From: Octopus sinensis
Lineage: Eukaryota
DNA length: 64,000 nucleotides
Assembly: GCF_006345805.1 (NCBI RefSeq)
Contig: NC_042997.1
Span: forward strand, 89,032,001-89,096,000
Direction of reading: 5' to 3'
The notes beneath the pieces were generated by a model, which worked only from the letters and a program-made list of their open reading frames with translations, had not been told where the DNA came from and made no database searches. How positions within the stretch are numbered: position 1 is the stretch's first letter; every line of letters begins with the position of its first letter. A program made the position numbers and the translations under genes. Shown piece after piece: positions 29,119 to 43,590 of the stretch.

Positions 29119-29166
29119 CACATGTCTATATATATACATACATATGTCCATATATATATATATAAT

Positions 29167-29209
<43 letters not shown>

Positions 29210-29259
29210 GTAGTATGTATGTATGTATACATACATACATACATACATACATACATACA

Positions 29260-29295
<36 letters not shown>

Positions 29296-29679
29296 TTTAT
29301 AAATATATATATAATCCTTACTTGGGTTTTTTTTAACCCTTAGAAATTTTAAAGTTGATTCCGCTGTATCCACAAACAAAAACAAAATCTGCCGATTTGG
29401 AAACGCCGTTATTTGGAATATAATGACGTTGTCAAAATATGGCGGAAACCCGGTCATTAAGGTTCAAACAACGAATAATTATTTCTGACATGTTTGTGAA
29501 AATCCTTTATTAAGTTGTCTATCAATTTTTCTTCATCCGTCTCTGAAACAGATCCAGTTGCAGTCTTTGGTTTACTGCAGCTAATCTTTCCTTAAAAATG
29601 AACTAGTCAGTACATGCTCAACCGCACTCTCAGGGAATTTAAATATACGCGATGAAGAGAGATGAAGACAGATGCATGC

Positions 29680-29810
29680 GTGGCAGTGTGGTAAGAGGTT
29701 TGCTTCCTAACTATGTGGTCCCGGGTTCAGTCTCACTGCAATTGCCCCGGGTCACCGAAGCCTTGTGAATGGATTTAGTAAAGAGAAACTATAAAAAGCC
29801 CGCCGTATAT

Positions 29811-29879
<69 letters not shown>

Positions 29880-30085
29880 GGTTTGTCGCCCATTAAAACT
29901 TGGCAACTGGTGTTGATTTGTTTACATTCCCGTAACTTGGCAGCTCGGCATTAGAGATCGATAGAATAAATACCAGGTTTTAAAATACATATAAATACTG
30001 GTATCGATTCGTTGGACTAAAACCTTTCAAGGTAGTGCCTCAGCATGGCCGTAGTCCAATGACTGAAGCAAGTGGAACATGAAAG
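29680..30085 (+). mobile_element. Composite tRNA-derived SINE (family B head, internal (GT)n, conserved tail)
   Basis: GTGTGGTAAG A-box and GGTTCAGTC B-box head. The tail ...CATGGCCGTAGTCCAATGACTGAAGCAAGT recurs at about 14200, 15270, 21120, 34810, 54060, 61130 and 63100. Confidence 0.8.
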
Positions 30086-31432
30086 AAAGATGAACTGCTA
30101 GATTGTTTGAGTTGCATTTCGAAATGAATCGTCAAGATGACTGGAGATGCAGACGAATGCTGTGGATGGCCAAGATGATGTCTTACTTGCCTCATCTTGC
30201 TCTTTGCATTCAACAATGTTTTACTGCAGCAATCTTCCCCTCCATTGAACCATCAAGATTCCTTCTGTAGAATTTGTCGGATCTTGTCTTCGCATAATAA
30301 GGAAGCCCTGTTATGTTAATTAATCCATAGCAGGGGCCTGATAGGTGCTACTACACCGGCCAAGAGTAGCTCTAGGAACAATAGTCGCTAAGATATGATT
30401 CCACAACCCTCAAAACGCTGGAATTCCCAAACTAGGGCCTCACTACCGGATGCAGTTTAAAGTCACACCCAGGTACAATTCATTTAAGGGGCTTTAATAA
30501 AGTGTCCTTCTATCCAATTTTACTCACAAGCTATAAGTCGACCTGGTTTTATAGAAAATGATACCTGTCACTCAACAGAATGACAACCAGGACATCATGA
30601 TTGCCAAACGACATTTTTAGTTATTCGGCTATACAACGACTTCACTTCCCTAATTCTTATTTGGGAAGTTTTTAAGCTTTCATTCGATTTGTAGTTGTGG
30701 ATATTTCGTGGTCTAGAAAGTCCTTTTTTTTTTCTTTTTAACATTTCTAACGTAAATAATGGGATTGCAGAAGCAGTGCAGTGAATAATTATTAGCTAAT
30801 AAATATACAGTAAACAATTTAAATATAAAAAAAAAATAAAACAAAGTATTTTCAAAATGGCGGCAACAGACATAAACAAGCTAGCGCTTTGTCGCTAGTT
30901 TTCCTTGATACACGACAATTTTCAATAGTGCTCTTGACTTGAAGTTACCGTTATTCTTGAATTCTGGTTATTCAGGCGTTTCTAGCTGGTATATGGTACA
31001 AATAAATACCTAATACCATAATACTAAATTTGACTTTTTTTCCTTCTTCTTATAGTGGCACAGGTAAAAACAATTGCAGAATATGTGTGTGTATAATTGA
31101 TAAAATCTATATTAGAGCTTGCCTGATATAGATTTGCACACAGAAACACACAAACATACACCGTTTTTTTTTCCTTTTTCTCCTGATTTTCTTTTTTCTT
31201 AAGCTGCAAATCCCGATTCTCTATCCCGTCATTTATATTGTACTCAACGATTACATGGTGAACCAATAAAATCCTTTTGTCTCAATCTTATCCAATCAAA
31301 TCTTGTCAAGATTTTCGAATATTTTCACTGTATGTCGTTTCAATGCTTCCATTTTCCCCAATTCTCCGAAGACAGGGGACGATAAACCCAAAAGTAACGA
31401 TCTGTGAAATAGCTTGTAATATGTGTATATGT

Positions 31433-31655
31433 AAGGCGGCGAGCTGGCACAATCGTTAGCACGCCAGGCAAAATGCCTAGCGGCATTTCGTCCGTCTTTA
31501 TGTTCTGAGTTCAAATGCAGCTGGAATCGACTTTGCCTTTTATTCTTTGGGGGTTCGATAAAATAAGGACCAGTTGAATACTGAGGCCGATCTAATTGAC
31601 TTAACCCTCCCCCCACCCTGAAATTACTAGCCTTGTACCAAAATTAGAAACCAAT
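31433..31655 (+). mobile_element. Family A SINE copy
   Basis: Full-length match to the 42875 copy. Confidence 0.8.
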
Positions 31656-32505
31656 ATTATGTGTGTATGTATGTGTGTATATATTTATACATATACTTAT
31701 ATGCTGTCAATACATGCATGCATACACAATGCACACGCTCACCCGCCCGCAAGTCTTCATGGTATTGTCTATTATGGTAGACTGCGAAAGGAATGTGCTG
31801 AGACACAACATCTATCTAACAAATTAAAGATGTAGTTATCAACCATATAGAATAGGAGGGTCGCAGTATAAGATAATGCGAGAAATAAGTTAGTTGAGAG
31901 GGTCGAGTAGAATGTGAATACTTTTACTTCAAAATCTCATTGAGGCTCGACGTTAAAATACATTAAAATTGCTTTTATAAATTATAATATAAATCTGAGA
32001 ACGTGAATTATAAATTTAATAATTAGAGCAGAAAAATTCCTGTCTAGATCTGACCAAAAGGCCAGTAAATACTGGTTATAGAAGGATGTAATTTTGTATC
32101 TGAGATCGGGTATCAGGTACTTATTGCCACTTTAATCAGGGTGTTGGCTGAAACTATTGAAAACCACTTTATTAACCCTTTGCCTGTCCAAATCATTTTC
32201 AAAGTTTGTCCTAAACGTCCGATAGTGTTCTCGGGCTTTTAGTTAGCCCTTGTTTGATACGGTCTGAGTAATATAAAGTTTTCCTTTCATCAGTCGCTAG
32301 TTACTCTGGGGATTGAAAAAAATTAGGTATGTGTATCGGATATGACACCAGGGAAATATGTCCTGTATATCACATGTTATACATAAGACATGCAAAAGTT
32401 TTAAATTTTATCCGTTATTATTTAGCCCAATGATCAATGGCGCTTCAGTTATGACTCGGCATCCTTCTCGTTAGCTTTATGAATTTACTCTCATTTCTTT
32501 TCAAG

Positions 32506-32610
32506 ACAGCACAGTTTAATTTAAGAGATATCAGCTGTGACCAACACGTCGTTTTAGAGAGATATAACAATAACACATTATCTAATGGTTCCTTTTTGCT
32601 AGAGACGACG
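32506..32610 (+). CDS. Candidate internal exon (35 aa, phase 0-0)
   Basis: Acceptor CTCTCATTTCTTTTCAAG|, donor ACG|GTAAGG, open frame TAQFNLRDISCDQHVVLERYNNNTLSNGSFLLETT. Confidence 0.35.
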
Positions 32611-32984
32611 GTAAGGCGAGAGCATGAAGAAAATTTGGTTTCTATTTCTGGCAAATCGAATAACCGCGAGATTAAGACATTTATTTACATCATTCTTAGT
32701 TTGTTAGGATCTAAATTTTTATATACCATGCTGAAATTTCTCACTGATCTACAAAATATCGGGGTTATGGGGGAGGCAAATATATGTGTTTTTCACTGAG
32801 GGTGAAAGTTCAAGCTTTAAGATGTCGATAAACGTATTATTATCTTCCAGTTGCTTCCTAAACGACTCTCACCCTTTCATTTCATAGTCGCTTTGATCTA
32901 ACCGCACTACATCGAGTTTCTCACTTACAATTAAACCATTTCTTGAACTAATGGCATATATTCGACCGACTCTTTCTCCCCGTC

Positions 32985-33059
<75 letters not shown>

Positions 33060-33446
33060 GCAAGCACATTTCTACACAGAAACACATAAGATACTTGCAC
33101 ACACGTACAACACGCACGTATACGCACATAGGCACATGCACAGGACACACACTGTCGATTTTCAACAATACTGGGGTGGGAAAAGAAAATTGCTGTTAAA
33201 TGTGAGTTCGTCTTATCCTCGAGATTACGAGCTGGAAACTTGTTGGCACAAAGGGAATCTGTATTTCACGGTGGGTGTCTAAAGGAGGTTCAATAACAAA
33301 TCTTTTGTCATTACTTTATGTCAATGTGTATGTGTGCATGAGTGTGTATGTGCGAGCATGAGTGCATATAAGTGTGTGTGTATCTATATATGTATTTGTA
33401 TACATATATATATGTATACATATATATATATGTATGTATGTATGTA

Positions 33447-33482
<36 letters not shown>

Positions 33483-33639
33483 AGCATACAGATATATATG
33501 CGTTCTAATATATACATACGTGCGTACATATACATATATGTATACATACATACACATACGTGTATATAGGCGAGGTGTGTATTTTTATATATATTTGTGT
33601 GTGCATGCATATATATATATGTATATATATTTATGCGTG

Positions 33640-33672
<33 letters not shown>

Positions 33673-33681
33673 ATTCGTATG

Positions 33682-33740
<59 letters not shown>

Positions 33741-33872
33741 GTGTGTGTGTGTGTATATATATGTATGTATATATATCTATATATGTATGTATGTATATAT
33801 ATATACACCTTCTAATATATACATACATGCGTACATATACATATATGTATGCATACATGTATACATATGTGT

Positions 33873-33975
<103 letters not shown>

Positions 33976-34659
33976 CGGTAAATATAAATATTTATCTATC
34001 TCACGCACTGGCGTGATATAATCAATGACTTGACCTTTCTTGAACTTTTCTATCCTTAAAAAGGTGATCATCAGCCATGTTGACTCTCAGGTGTGATGGA
34101 AGAAGAGAAAAGAAATTGTGGCGTGCATATGTATTAATCTGTGGATTAGTGGAATTATTAAAGCGTCGGAAAAAATGCCGAGCAGTATTTTTTCTAGCTA
34201 TTTAGGGCCCTGAGTTTAAATCATGTGGAAATAACAGCCAAGTACTAGAGCTGATGTAACTGATTAAACTCTTCCGAACAAAATTGTTGGTCTCGTATCT
34301 AAGACTATTAGATTATCTTATATCAATGATTATGAGAAATAATTTAACAGAGGGAGGTAAATCGGCTGAATCGCTAGTGTTGTCACTGAGACAGAACTTG
34401 TGTGTATATATATAAATACACGTTGCTTAATGACTAATGACTAAGTAAAAAGTACACAATACATGTACAGGATATGGTTTTTCTCTATTAAAATTGAAGT
34501 TGAGTGTTTGTCTTGAGACTCGAGTTTCATGCCGCTGCAATCTTCAGGTGTGCGAAGATCACAATGGTATCTTCACGCTTGTCTCGAGTCACGAGACAAA
34601 CTCTCAGCTCCAGTTTTAATGAAAACAAATTACAAAAACTATCCCAACTACGTGGTCCT

Positions 34660-35005
34660 GTGTTCAGTCCTAGTGTGTCGCATCTTGGGCGACTGTCTTC
34701 TACTCTAACCTCAGGCCGACCAAAGCCTTGTGAATGGATTTGGAAGACGGAAATTGAAAGAAGCCTGTAGTGAGTGTGTGTGCGCGCTCGCGTGTGATTG
34801 AATATGCGTTTGTCTCCCATCACCGCTTGACAACCGGTATTGGTGTGTTTACGTCCCGTACCATTAGCGGCTTTGCAAAAGAAGCCGATATAATGAATAC
34901 CAGGCTTTGCAAAAAGTAATAAGTAATGGAATCGAATTATTCGACTAAAATTCTTCAAGGCGATGCCTTAGCATGGCTGCAGTCTAATGACTAAAACAAG
35001 TAAAT
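34660..35005 (+). mobile_element. Family B SINE copy
   Basis: Same head and tail as 29680-30085. Confidence 0.75.
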
Positions 35006-35021
35006 GATGTGTGTGTGTGTG

Positions 35022-35068
<47 letters not shown>

Positions 35069-35073
35069 TGTGT

Positions 35074-35362
35074 GGAGGTGCAATTGCCCAGTGGTTAGGG
35101 CAGCGGACTCGCGGTCGTAGGATCGCGGTTTCGATTCCCAGACCGAGCGTTGTGAGTGTTTATTGAGCGAAAACACCTAAAAGCTCCAGGAAGCTCCGGC
35201 AGGGGTTGGTGATCCCTGCTGTACTCTTTCACCACTCTTTCTCTCACTCTTTCGCCTGTTAGCCAGCGGGGTCGCGTCATTCGCAGGCTAAAACAATGCG
35301 AACACGTTGTGACCAGCGATGTGTAGCAACATCTGATGGTCTGGTCGGTCACGTGATCACGT
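35074..35362 (+). mobile_element. tRNA-derived SINE (head shared with the 36775 copy, different tail)
   Basis: A-box-like TGCCCAGTGGTTAG and B-box-like GGTTTCGATTCC, followed by a shared body. Confidence 0.8.
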
Positions 35363-35397
35363 GATATATATATATATATATATTACATATGCATATA

Positions 35398-35618
35398 CAG
35401 GGTTGGCCAAAAGTCACCTGATAGTAATTCAACACCCATTTAATCCCAAGGTATATTGATGTTTGTCAACTGAATGAATTTAATAAAAGCATTTAAATAT
35501 GAAACATGAAAATAGTTCAAACTGAAGTCCTTGAGCGACACATTTTTCCATTTGAGTCAATACAGAATTACAGATATGTATAGAATTTTGATTACTGTCG
35601 GGTCACTTTTGGCCAACC

Positions 35619-35621
<3 letters not shown>
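35398..35621. mobile_element. Tc1/mariner-type MITE
   Basis: TIRs of about 31 bp (CAGGGTTGGCCAAAAGT...), flanked by TA on both sides, non-coding interior. Confidence 0.88.
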
Positions 35622-35657
<36 letters not shown>

Positions 35658-35829
35658 CATACTTACACACACACATAAATTATACATATAATATACATAT
35701 ATATATATGTTTCTAAATTCGGTGTGTTGGTGAGGCAATTCGTTGCTAAACCCTTAATTACTTAGTATTACTTATATATATATATATATATATACATACA
35801 TATATATGTGTGTGTATGTGTGTGTGTGT

Positions 35830-35925
<96 letters not shown>

Positions 35926-36729
35926 GACAGAGAGACAGAGAGAGATGGCAATCTACTCTGAGTTTCACTCTTAACTGGGCTGTTCATGACTGCGTGAACA
36001 GACCACTTAAAAGTAAATCTCAGAGTAGACAGTTAACTTTGATATATTTTGATATAATAGTCATGTATCAAGCCACTCTACCCAATATATTGAGTTGTAT
36101 ACGAGACAATGTTTGCATTATGTAAAATATATTTTTGATATGTTTCACTACTGTTACATTGTGTGTGTGTGTGTTTGTATGTATATGTGTGCACGCGCGC
36201 GAGTATATGAATGAGTATGTATGTGTAAGAATTTTATCCTGCATATTTTCAAATAAATATATAGTGTTTCTATTCATAATTCATAACCTTTTTTTTTTAA
36301 CTATTAAATGTCTTCTTTTCCAGGAAACCATCACATTGAACGTAGCTGCTTCACCTTGTCAAACGAAGGTGTTTTCCACGTCAAAAGTGTGATACATAAT
36401 GTTTCTTTTTATTATGTGTTATTGAAACGCGAATATGTAGTTTTTTAAGAAGTGAAATAGAAAATCTGCTCCAAATAAAATGTGTTAAAATAATAATTTT
36501 GTATACTACAATTATTAGATTTGAATTCCACTAATTAGCTAACAAAACAGAGTTTCAATTTCCGGACAATACCAGTTTTCCTTCTAGAACAAAAGTCCCC
36601 AACATTTTTTCTTGCACCAAGCACTGGTTTCCTGTCAGTCAATTTTTCTGCGGACCGGGTGAGCACACGCGTAACAAAACAAAATAAAGTGCAATATATG
36701 TAATTTAATAATTATTTATATAATACATA

Positions 36730-37508
36730 CAAGGTGTTCGGGCTAAATTTGACAGGGTTGCATAAAAGGAAAAGGAGGCGCAATGGCCCAGTGGTTAGGG
36801 CAGCGGACTCGCGGACGGAGGATCGCAGATTCGATTCCGAGACCGGGCGTTGTGTATTTTTATTGAACGAAAACACCTAAAGCTCCACGAGGCTCCGACA
36901 GGGAGTGATGGCGACCCATGTTGTACTCTTTCGCCCCAACTTTCTCTTAATCTCTCTTCCTGTTTCTTGAGTAACACTGCGATGGACTGGCGTCCCGTCC
37001 AGCTGAAGGGAACACATACGCCATAGAAACCGGGAAACCGGGCCCATGAGCCTGGCTAGGCTTGAAAAGGGCGCATAAATACAAATAAAAATAAAGGGAA
37101 AAGAAAATGCAATATCCTATCCAGACATAAAGAGTATTTTTAAAAATTAAAAAAATATCAACCAGAGCATGGCTGGGAGATAGCAGTTCACTCAAAGTAA
37201 CCACGCTGCGCTTCCACCACTGCCTCGAGATGGCTCCGGAACTGGAGCATGTGTTCCTCACTGTGTCCCTGGGAAGATTCCCGAACACCTTGTGTTTGGC
37301 CACCTGCTCAGCCTTGGTGTTACAGGCAGAGCAACCGATGTTTTTCTCAACTGCGCCTCACACAGGTAACCCATGCTTCCAAATGTGTGAGGCGCAGTTA
37401 TCTCCCAGCCCTGATCTAGCTGGTATTTTTTTTTATGTTTGGATGGGATATTGTTTTTTTTTAATTTTTATTTTTATGAAAACTGTCAAATTTAGCCCGA
37501 ACACCTTG
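36730..37508 (-). mobile_element. Non-autonomous maT-type element with long TIRs, carrying a nested SINE
   Basis: Terminal IR CAAGGTGTTCGGGCTAAATTTGACAG at both ends. Internal remnant KVFGNLPRDTVRNTCS...LE..VEA resembles a maT transposase C-terminus. Internal hairpin AACTGCGCCTCACAC/GTGTGAGGCGCAGTT. Confidence 0.8.
36775..37090 (+). mobile_element. tRNA-derived SINE with V-domain-like core, nested in a maT MITE TIR
   Basis: A/B boxes, GCGATGGACTGGCGTCCCGTCCAG core, and TSD-like ATAAAAGGAAAA / ATAAAGGGAAAA flanks. Confidence 0.8.
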
Positions 37509-37555
37509 TGTGTATTATTATATCTGTAATAATTAAATTATATATATACATATAT

Positions 37556-37655
<100 letters not shown>

Positions 37656-37689
37656 ACTTTATTTTGTTTTCTTATGCTTGTGATCTTCC

Positions 37690-37900
37690 GGTTGGGAGAT
37701 CTCATAATTGGGGGAATTAGGAGGCCAGAAATTGGGTTCGATGAACTTGTAGAAATTCTTAGACAACCACTTCTGACTGTTTCCGGAAGTATGGCAATGA
37801 GCCAAATCCTGCTGTCATACATATGGCCTTCTGGCAGCAACCATTCCAGCCAGTCATGATGTTGGCATTTTGACACCCTACGTGAATCAACATGATACAG
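37690..37900 (-). mobile_element. maT/DD37D-like transposase fragment
   Basis: The minus strand reads RRPYV*QQDLAHCHTSGNSQKWLSKNFYKFIEPNFWPPNSP. Confidence 0.75.
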
Positions 37901-38324
37901 GTAACTCTTTTCCAATATTCAGGTGGCTTTCTAGTCCTCCATGTCAGCTAACTTTTTCTCAACTACAACTTTTATCTTTATGCTCTCCAACGCCATTGAA
38001 TGTTCACCAATACATCAAGCTGTTTCTTTAAAAAGGAAACATAAGTTATCGTCAAATTTATCCCGAACAGCTGTATATAATTCAAAAACCACCCTACAGA
38101 ATGCGATAATCAATGAAACAATAAAATTTTTTTGATATTTTCTTTTTGTGCAGCCTGGTACTGGAAAGCGTCTCGCTACTGTCTTCGGCTCGCTGGTTGG
38201 GAAACCCTGCTCTTGTAAATATCTGAGGGGAAGAGAATTGGGTAAGTAGGGCAAAGTGAGTAATTTCGGAATTCTTTTTATTTTCTTCCTATTCGTTTGA
38301 AACCATTACATTGTATATATATAT

Positions 38325-38720
38325 TAGGAAGAGAACTACTCCAGCCGATCGTGAAGAAGCTATAGAGAATATTTTATGTAGAGTTTTTTTTTAGATATGA
38401 TCCTATTTCATTTCACCAGCATATTTTTTTTTTTTTTTGCATTTCTCATCTTTCTTAATGTCTAAGGATTAATTTTGATGTGTACGAGTCTTTTTCTTTA
38501 ATGCAATTCTGGAGAACTTACCTTCTTCTCTTTCACATTTTGTCCCACCTAAATTTACCTTTTCTATTGCTCAAAGAGAAGGAAAATAATTTTCATGAAA
38601 TAGTGTTCTGAATATTATAATGTTTTTAATGCATTTACAGAAGGTCATTTGCTTAGCTGATATAGTTTTTGTAAGATTTGTAAAAAAAAAAAATTTTTTC
38701 TCAAAGTCAAAATTACAGTA
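38325..38720 (+). repeat. Dispersed repeat, second copy at about 46420-46830
   Basis: Both start ATATTAGGAAGAGA...GATCGTGAAGAA.CTATAGAGAATATTTTATG and stay collinear for about 400 bp. Confidence 0.75.
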
Positions 38721-39061
38721 AATATTATTTATTGTACCTCACCCCCAACTCTAACCCTTAAAAATTGGTGCCTCCGCGAATGTTCCAGAACGAACTATTA
38801 TTAATTCTCTTCTTCTATTGCTCGAATTTATTCTATTGTGTGAACCTACTGAGATGTAGAGAAACCTGATATCAGAAAATGAGTGGAGAAGGTTGGGAGG
38901 ATCTAACCGTACCTCCCAATTAGCTGTCACTTCCCTTTCTCTTAACTTCTTTCTCGGTATCTCTCATTCACTGTCTGTTTTTTCCTTCTCTCTTCGTCCC
39001 CCAATACCTTCTCTCTTTCACCTTTTCTCTCTGTTTCTCTCCAAATATGTATGTATATATA

Positions 39062-39112
<51 letters not shown>

Positions 39113-39566
39113 ATAATATATATATATTTGTGTGTATATGTGTGTGCACGTGCATATATATGTATATGTACAGAGATATATCTATATACATATACATATA
39201 TATGTACGCACACTCACCTCACACACCACCAAAAACAACAACAATGTGTGTTTTCATCTTTTGCATTTTTCATTCTCTCTTTTTATTGTCTCTTTTTCTC
39301 TCCTCCTCCTCCTACTACTACCTCCCCTTCCCTATCCCTATCCTCCCTCTTCTCCTCCTTTCCTATCTCTCTCCTTTTCCAAGTCCATAGGTCATTCACT
39401 CTCGCTGCCGGCACACCAGCACAATGTATTCAAGGGAGTGAGAAAGAAAAACCTCCCATTTCATATGATTTTCATATCACAAAGTGTTTCTTGTCTTCTC
39501 GTAGGTCATAGTTCAGCGTAACTCTCTAACATGACCATTGGCAAACCCTCACACATGTACATATAT

Positions 39567-39697
<131 letters not shown>

Positions 39698-40346
39698 TAT
39701 ATGCAGGTACATACATACACAAGCGCACACATACTGACATACGCATACACTATACATACGGTGAAGGGAATTATACGTTAAAGATTCATTTGACTTGAAT
39801 GCACTCAACTGACCTGGAAATCAACTGATGTGAGTCTTGGTAAAGGTTGTGATATATGTTGTATGGTGTGGTGCTATGTTGTTGTGTGGCATTGTATCGA
39901 GGATGTAGTGTTTGGTAAGTGTTTGGTTAACAGCGTGCTGAGAGGCTTGTAGTGGTGGTGATAGTTGTTGTTGTGTAACACTAGGTAAGTTCCCATCGAG
40001 TAAGTCTTATTGCTCACAAATATTAGGCCGAACAACATATAGAGCCATCATCCTAGTAATATCTTGTCTGCACAGTACGACATGCAGTGATGAATCGTAT
40101 GGGATGCAATGTGAGAATCTAGATCTGTTATGTTCTTTCAACTGTGAAGTCTAGTTTTGTATGCTTGTAGATTCTGGTGGTGGCCACATTAGAGATTTTC
40201 AAGGTCAGAAACTGTAAGTTCGTATACACAATATAAATTTGGCAACCATTACATAGAGTTTCTTGAAGGGGTGTTTGATATTTTATTGGATAAGTGGATA
40301 GCGAGGAGGAAAGTTCAAAACTTTATTTTAACCGATAATAGTTAGT

Positions 40347-40465
40347 ACTAGCTGTACCCGTGGAAATTCCATGGTTATTTTGAAAATTTTATGATAAAAT
40401 CGTATATTTTTCTGAAACATCTGATTTTTGAGATGTGGAAATCCGCACAGGCATTATTAAAGGGG

Positions 40466-40502
<37 letters not shown>

Positions 40503-40630
40503 TGTCTGTCTGTTTGTCTGTCTGTCTATTTGTCTATCTACCTATCTATCTGAAAAATTTCTGGAAAAAAAAATGCGTATGCAACAATGAAAAGTTCTGT
40601 GCAGTTACTCTTCTTTTCTTGAGAACTATA
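40347..40630 (-). mobile_element. Helitron-like element of a second family (3' hairpin + CTAG)
   Basis: The minus strand reads CCATGGAATTTCCACGGGTACAGCTAG-T, a hairpin followed by CTAG. Confidence 0.5.
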
Positions 40631-42874
40631 AAAAAAAAACCTTTTGTGTGTGATGTGTGTGTGTTTTGAATGTTAATGAAAATATGTGCGAGCGTTTGTT
40701 TTTTGTTTTGTTTTTTGTTTTTGTTTTTTTGTGTGTGTGGTGGTAGAAACTGTCGTTTCTAATATGTTGAATGAAGCTGCCCAGCTATCTCCAGATATCT
40801 GTGACACTGATTGATTATTTCGCCACAGTTGTCCTTGTAAAGGTCATCCCAAACAGCAGTAAATATTTCGATCGTATTCCTACAGATGGGTGATTTTAGA
40901 CCACAAATAATTAGATTGGAGGCCGAAAACATGAAATAGATCAGTAGTAACAAACGTTTACAACAACAACAGCAGAAGCAGCAGCAACAACAACAATAAC
41001 TGGAAGCCAGTGATTCTCAGACTGAAAATACCATGGCTCAAAAAAATGGCGCAAAAAATATTAGTTAATTTATACACTTCACCACCATCAACAACAACAG
41101 CTCCTTATAAATGAGAAAACAAAATAGGGTTTGTAGTCATAATTCTTTTTTTCTTCACCATAGTTATTGGAAAGATTAAAAAGTTTGATTAAGGAAATAA
41201 TTTTAACCAACACAACTGATTGATTGATTAACCGAATAATTAATTATACAATCAATTAGATTGAGAAATAATAAAGAAGTGAAATTTAACCAGTGCATGT
41301 GTTTATCATTGGCATAATGGCCCTTCCGACAGCAATATCTTAATTAAACATAGCAATTTGACTTCCCGTTTTTTTCAGTCCTCGCCAGCCCTCTTAGAGA
41401 GGGCTTGGCTCCCATTTGAAAAACACTGCTATACGGTCAGTTGACTAGCTAGAAATAATTGCCAGAACCTCCCTCAAAACACACTATACTAAAAGGTTAC
41501 ACAACAACTGGTTCTCTCAGTTACTGTGTGGTTATTCTACATAGGATATAAATTCCTGTTCAGCTTGCTAGCTAAACGCGACACCAAGTAATCTCTCAAT
41601 CATAGTTTAACTATATAAGCTAGAGGCCGATGTTTGCTCGATATGAGGTGAGATGGATATTTGCTGCTGAAAAAGCTAACAAACAACAATTTCACTGGCA
41701 TTGTTGGACGACCTTCGCCAGCTGCTGATATATTTCCAATTTTTTTTTTTTTTTACATTATATGTCAATAAAAAATCTTTTCTCAAGATGAATATTATAG
41801 TTTAGTAAAGTTTTCAACATATACACACCTAAAGTATGTATACAGATCACTAATTTTGAACTCATACAACTTCCATCGTTAATGATGAACTTTTATAAAG
41901 TTTCTAGATCTGGTAAATATGAATAAAACCATGATTTAATGGAGTGGTTTAACAAGACCAAAGCATACCGGTATTTGCTCACATCAAATCTTTCCTACAT
42001 AACCTAATTCAACTCTTTTATCAATCGGAATTTCAAAATTGTTTCCCTTGCCTTTCTTTGCAATAATTATCATTAATACTATCTCTTCTATTGACTACAG
42101 GCTTAATTTTAATTGATTAGATTTTTTTTCCTCCCTTCGTTAAATATTTTATCACCTTCTTATCTTATACCACTTTGTTACAGTAGTTATTTCACATAGC
42201 TTAGATATCTCTAGGCTAAAAAAACTTCCCACATAGCATTAGATCTATTTTGAAATACTTTTATTTAAAAAATTACAAAACTGTCTACATATAGACTCTT
42301 ATACTGGTTTTTAATTGATGACTATAAGATTAGTCAGTGTAACAATATCTTAACATTCTAGTGAGGATTTTCAAAGGATTATGTGGATTTTCTTAAATCT
42401 GGTGGGATTTCACTAATCTGTAGATGGAGGCCATGCGATTTCCATAACAATTTTATTGCTTCATAAAAGTATCTAATTTAAAGCTAGATAGGATCCAGCG
42501 CTATGCTTTAGATATTTTATTGTGACGCCTAACGGCGTGAATGAAATATTTTAATGCAGAAAACTCTGCTTCAGAAACAAGAAGCAGAGAGTAGGTGATA
42601 CAGTTAGAACCATGATAAACACTGTAGACGGTGTAATTTATAATAACCAAACTAGAATGCACGCAGAAATTATTTGCCAATAATAAAGAAACAGAACAAG
42701 CCAACAAAGGAGTCTCTACGTGGTTGGTGGACATGGTATAAATAGCAACCAAATCACCTTCAAATCACCTTCTTTAAAAAAGTGAAGGAGGTATTAGATA
42801 ATGTAGTTCTCGATACACTAGACATGAAAAAAAATATGAAATGTTTATAGTTGGAATATTTTTTATTGCAGGAG

Positions 42875-43080
42875 GGTGGCGAGCTGGCAGAATCGTTAGC
42901 ACGCCGGGTAAAATGCTTAGCGGCATTTCATCCCGCTTTACGCTCTGAATTCAAATTCCGCCGAAGTCGACTTCTTTCGGAGTCGATAAAATAAGTAGCA
43001 GTCGAGCACAGTGCTTGATGTAATCGACTTACCCTCTACCCCAAACCTGCTGGCTCTTTTCCGAAATTTGAAACCAATGT
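42875..43080 (+). mobile_element. Family A SINE (GGCGAGCTGGCAGAATCGTTAGCACGCCGG...)
   Basis: Homologous copies at about 1920-2138(-), 2197-2372(+), 8745-8935(-), 10060-10160(-), 10315-10530(-), 10665-10830(-), 20575-20670(+), 31433-31655(+), 34160-34310(+), 51720-51930(-) and 51957-52050(+). Confidence 0.85.
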
Positions 43081-43329
43081 TGTTGTTGTTTTTCTTATTT
43101 TTATCGTAGGTCTACTCCATTAACTCCCAACTTTTTACCAACCAAGGACTCGTTTTATTTTGAATTTTCTTACGACCTCTCAGGAGTTTGGCAACTCAAA
43201 ATATTTTAAACTCAATTCATGGACTACCAGCATTTTCTTTTTGGAAACCTGGGAGTTTGTGGATTTCAGGTTGAGAAAGTTGGTCAACACAATTCGATAA
43301 CAATAAAAACATTAAAAAAACACCCTCAG

Positions 43330-43590
43330 CATGGTATAGAAATGCGATGGTGATGCGTGCCGTGTTCTTTGAGCCATTGGTTCGTAGGACTACCACTGAA
43401 GACTCAATCATTCGGTTGTGTATCAAGGACAAAGCAGTCGGGCAGGGGTTATCTCTCTCCAAGCTCTATGCTCTAGAGAAGATTAATTTCAACACAACGA
43501 TTCAACGAGCTAATAGAATCATTCAACTTTACAGTGCTGCTTCGAACATCGACTTATTTCTAGTCTACGTCACTTACTCTGTAACTAAAA
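43330..43590 (+). CDS. Candidate exon within a 131-codon open frame
   Basis: The frame is open from 43275 to 43670, with donor AAAA|GTAAGA at 43591. The acceptor lacks a pyrimidine tract. Confidence 0.3.

Noticed and set aside
29455-29592. Minus-strand candidate terminal exon (GKISCSKPK...NYSLFEP*)
   Set aside because: Two different frames look equally plausible, it is short, and there is no independent support.
35074-35150. tRNA gene-like A/B boxes (also at 36775, 29685 and 13600-13690)
   Set aside because: These are SINE heads that continue into SINE bodies, with no full cloverleaf or terminator.
37707-37790. Protein-like plus-strand exon candidate DLIIGGIRRPEIGFDELVEILRQPLLTVSG
   Set aside because: It is antisense to a maT transposase fragment (WPPNSP motif on the minus strand).
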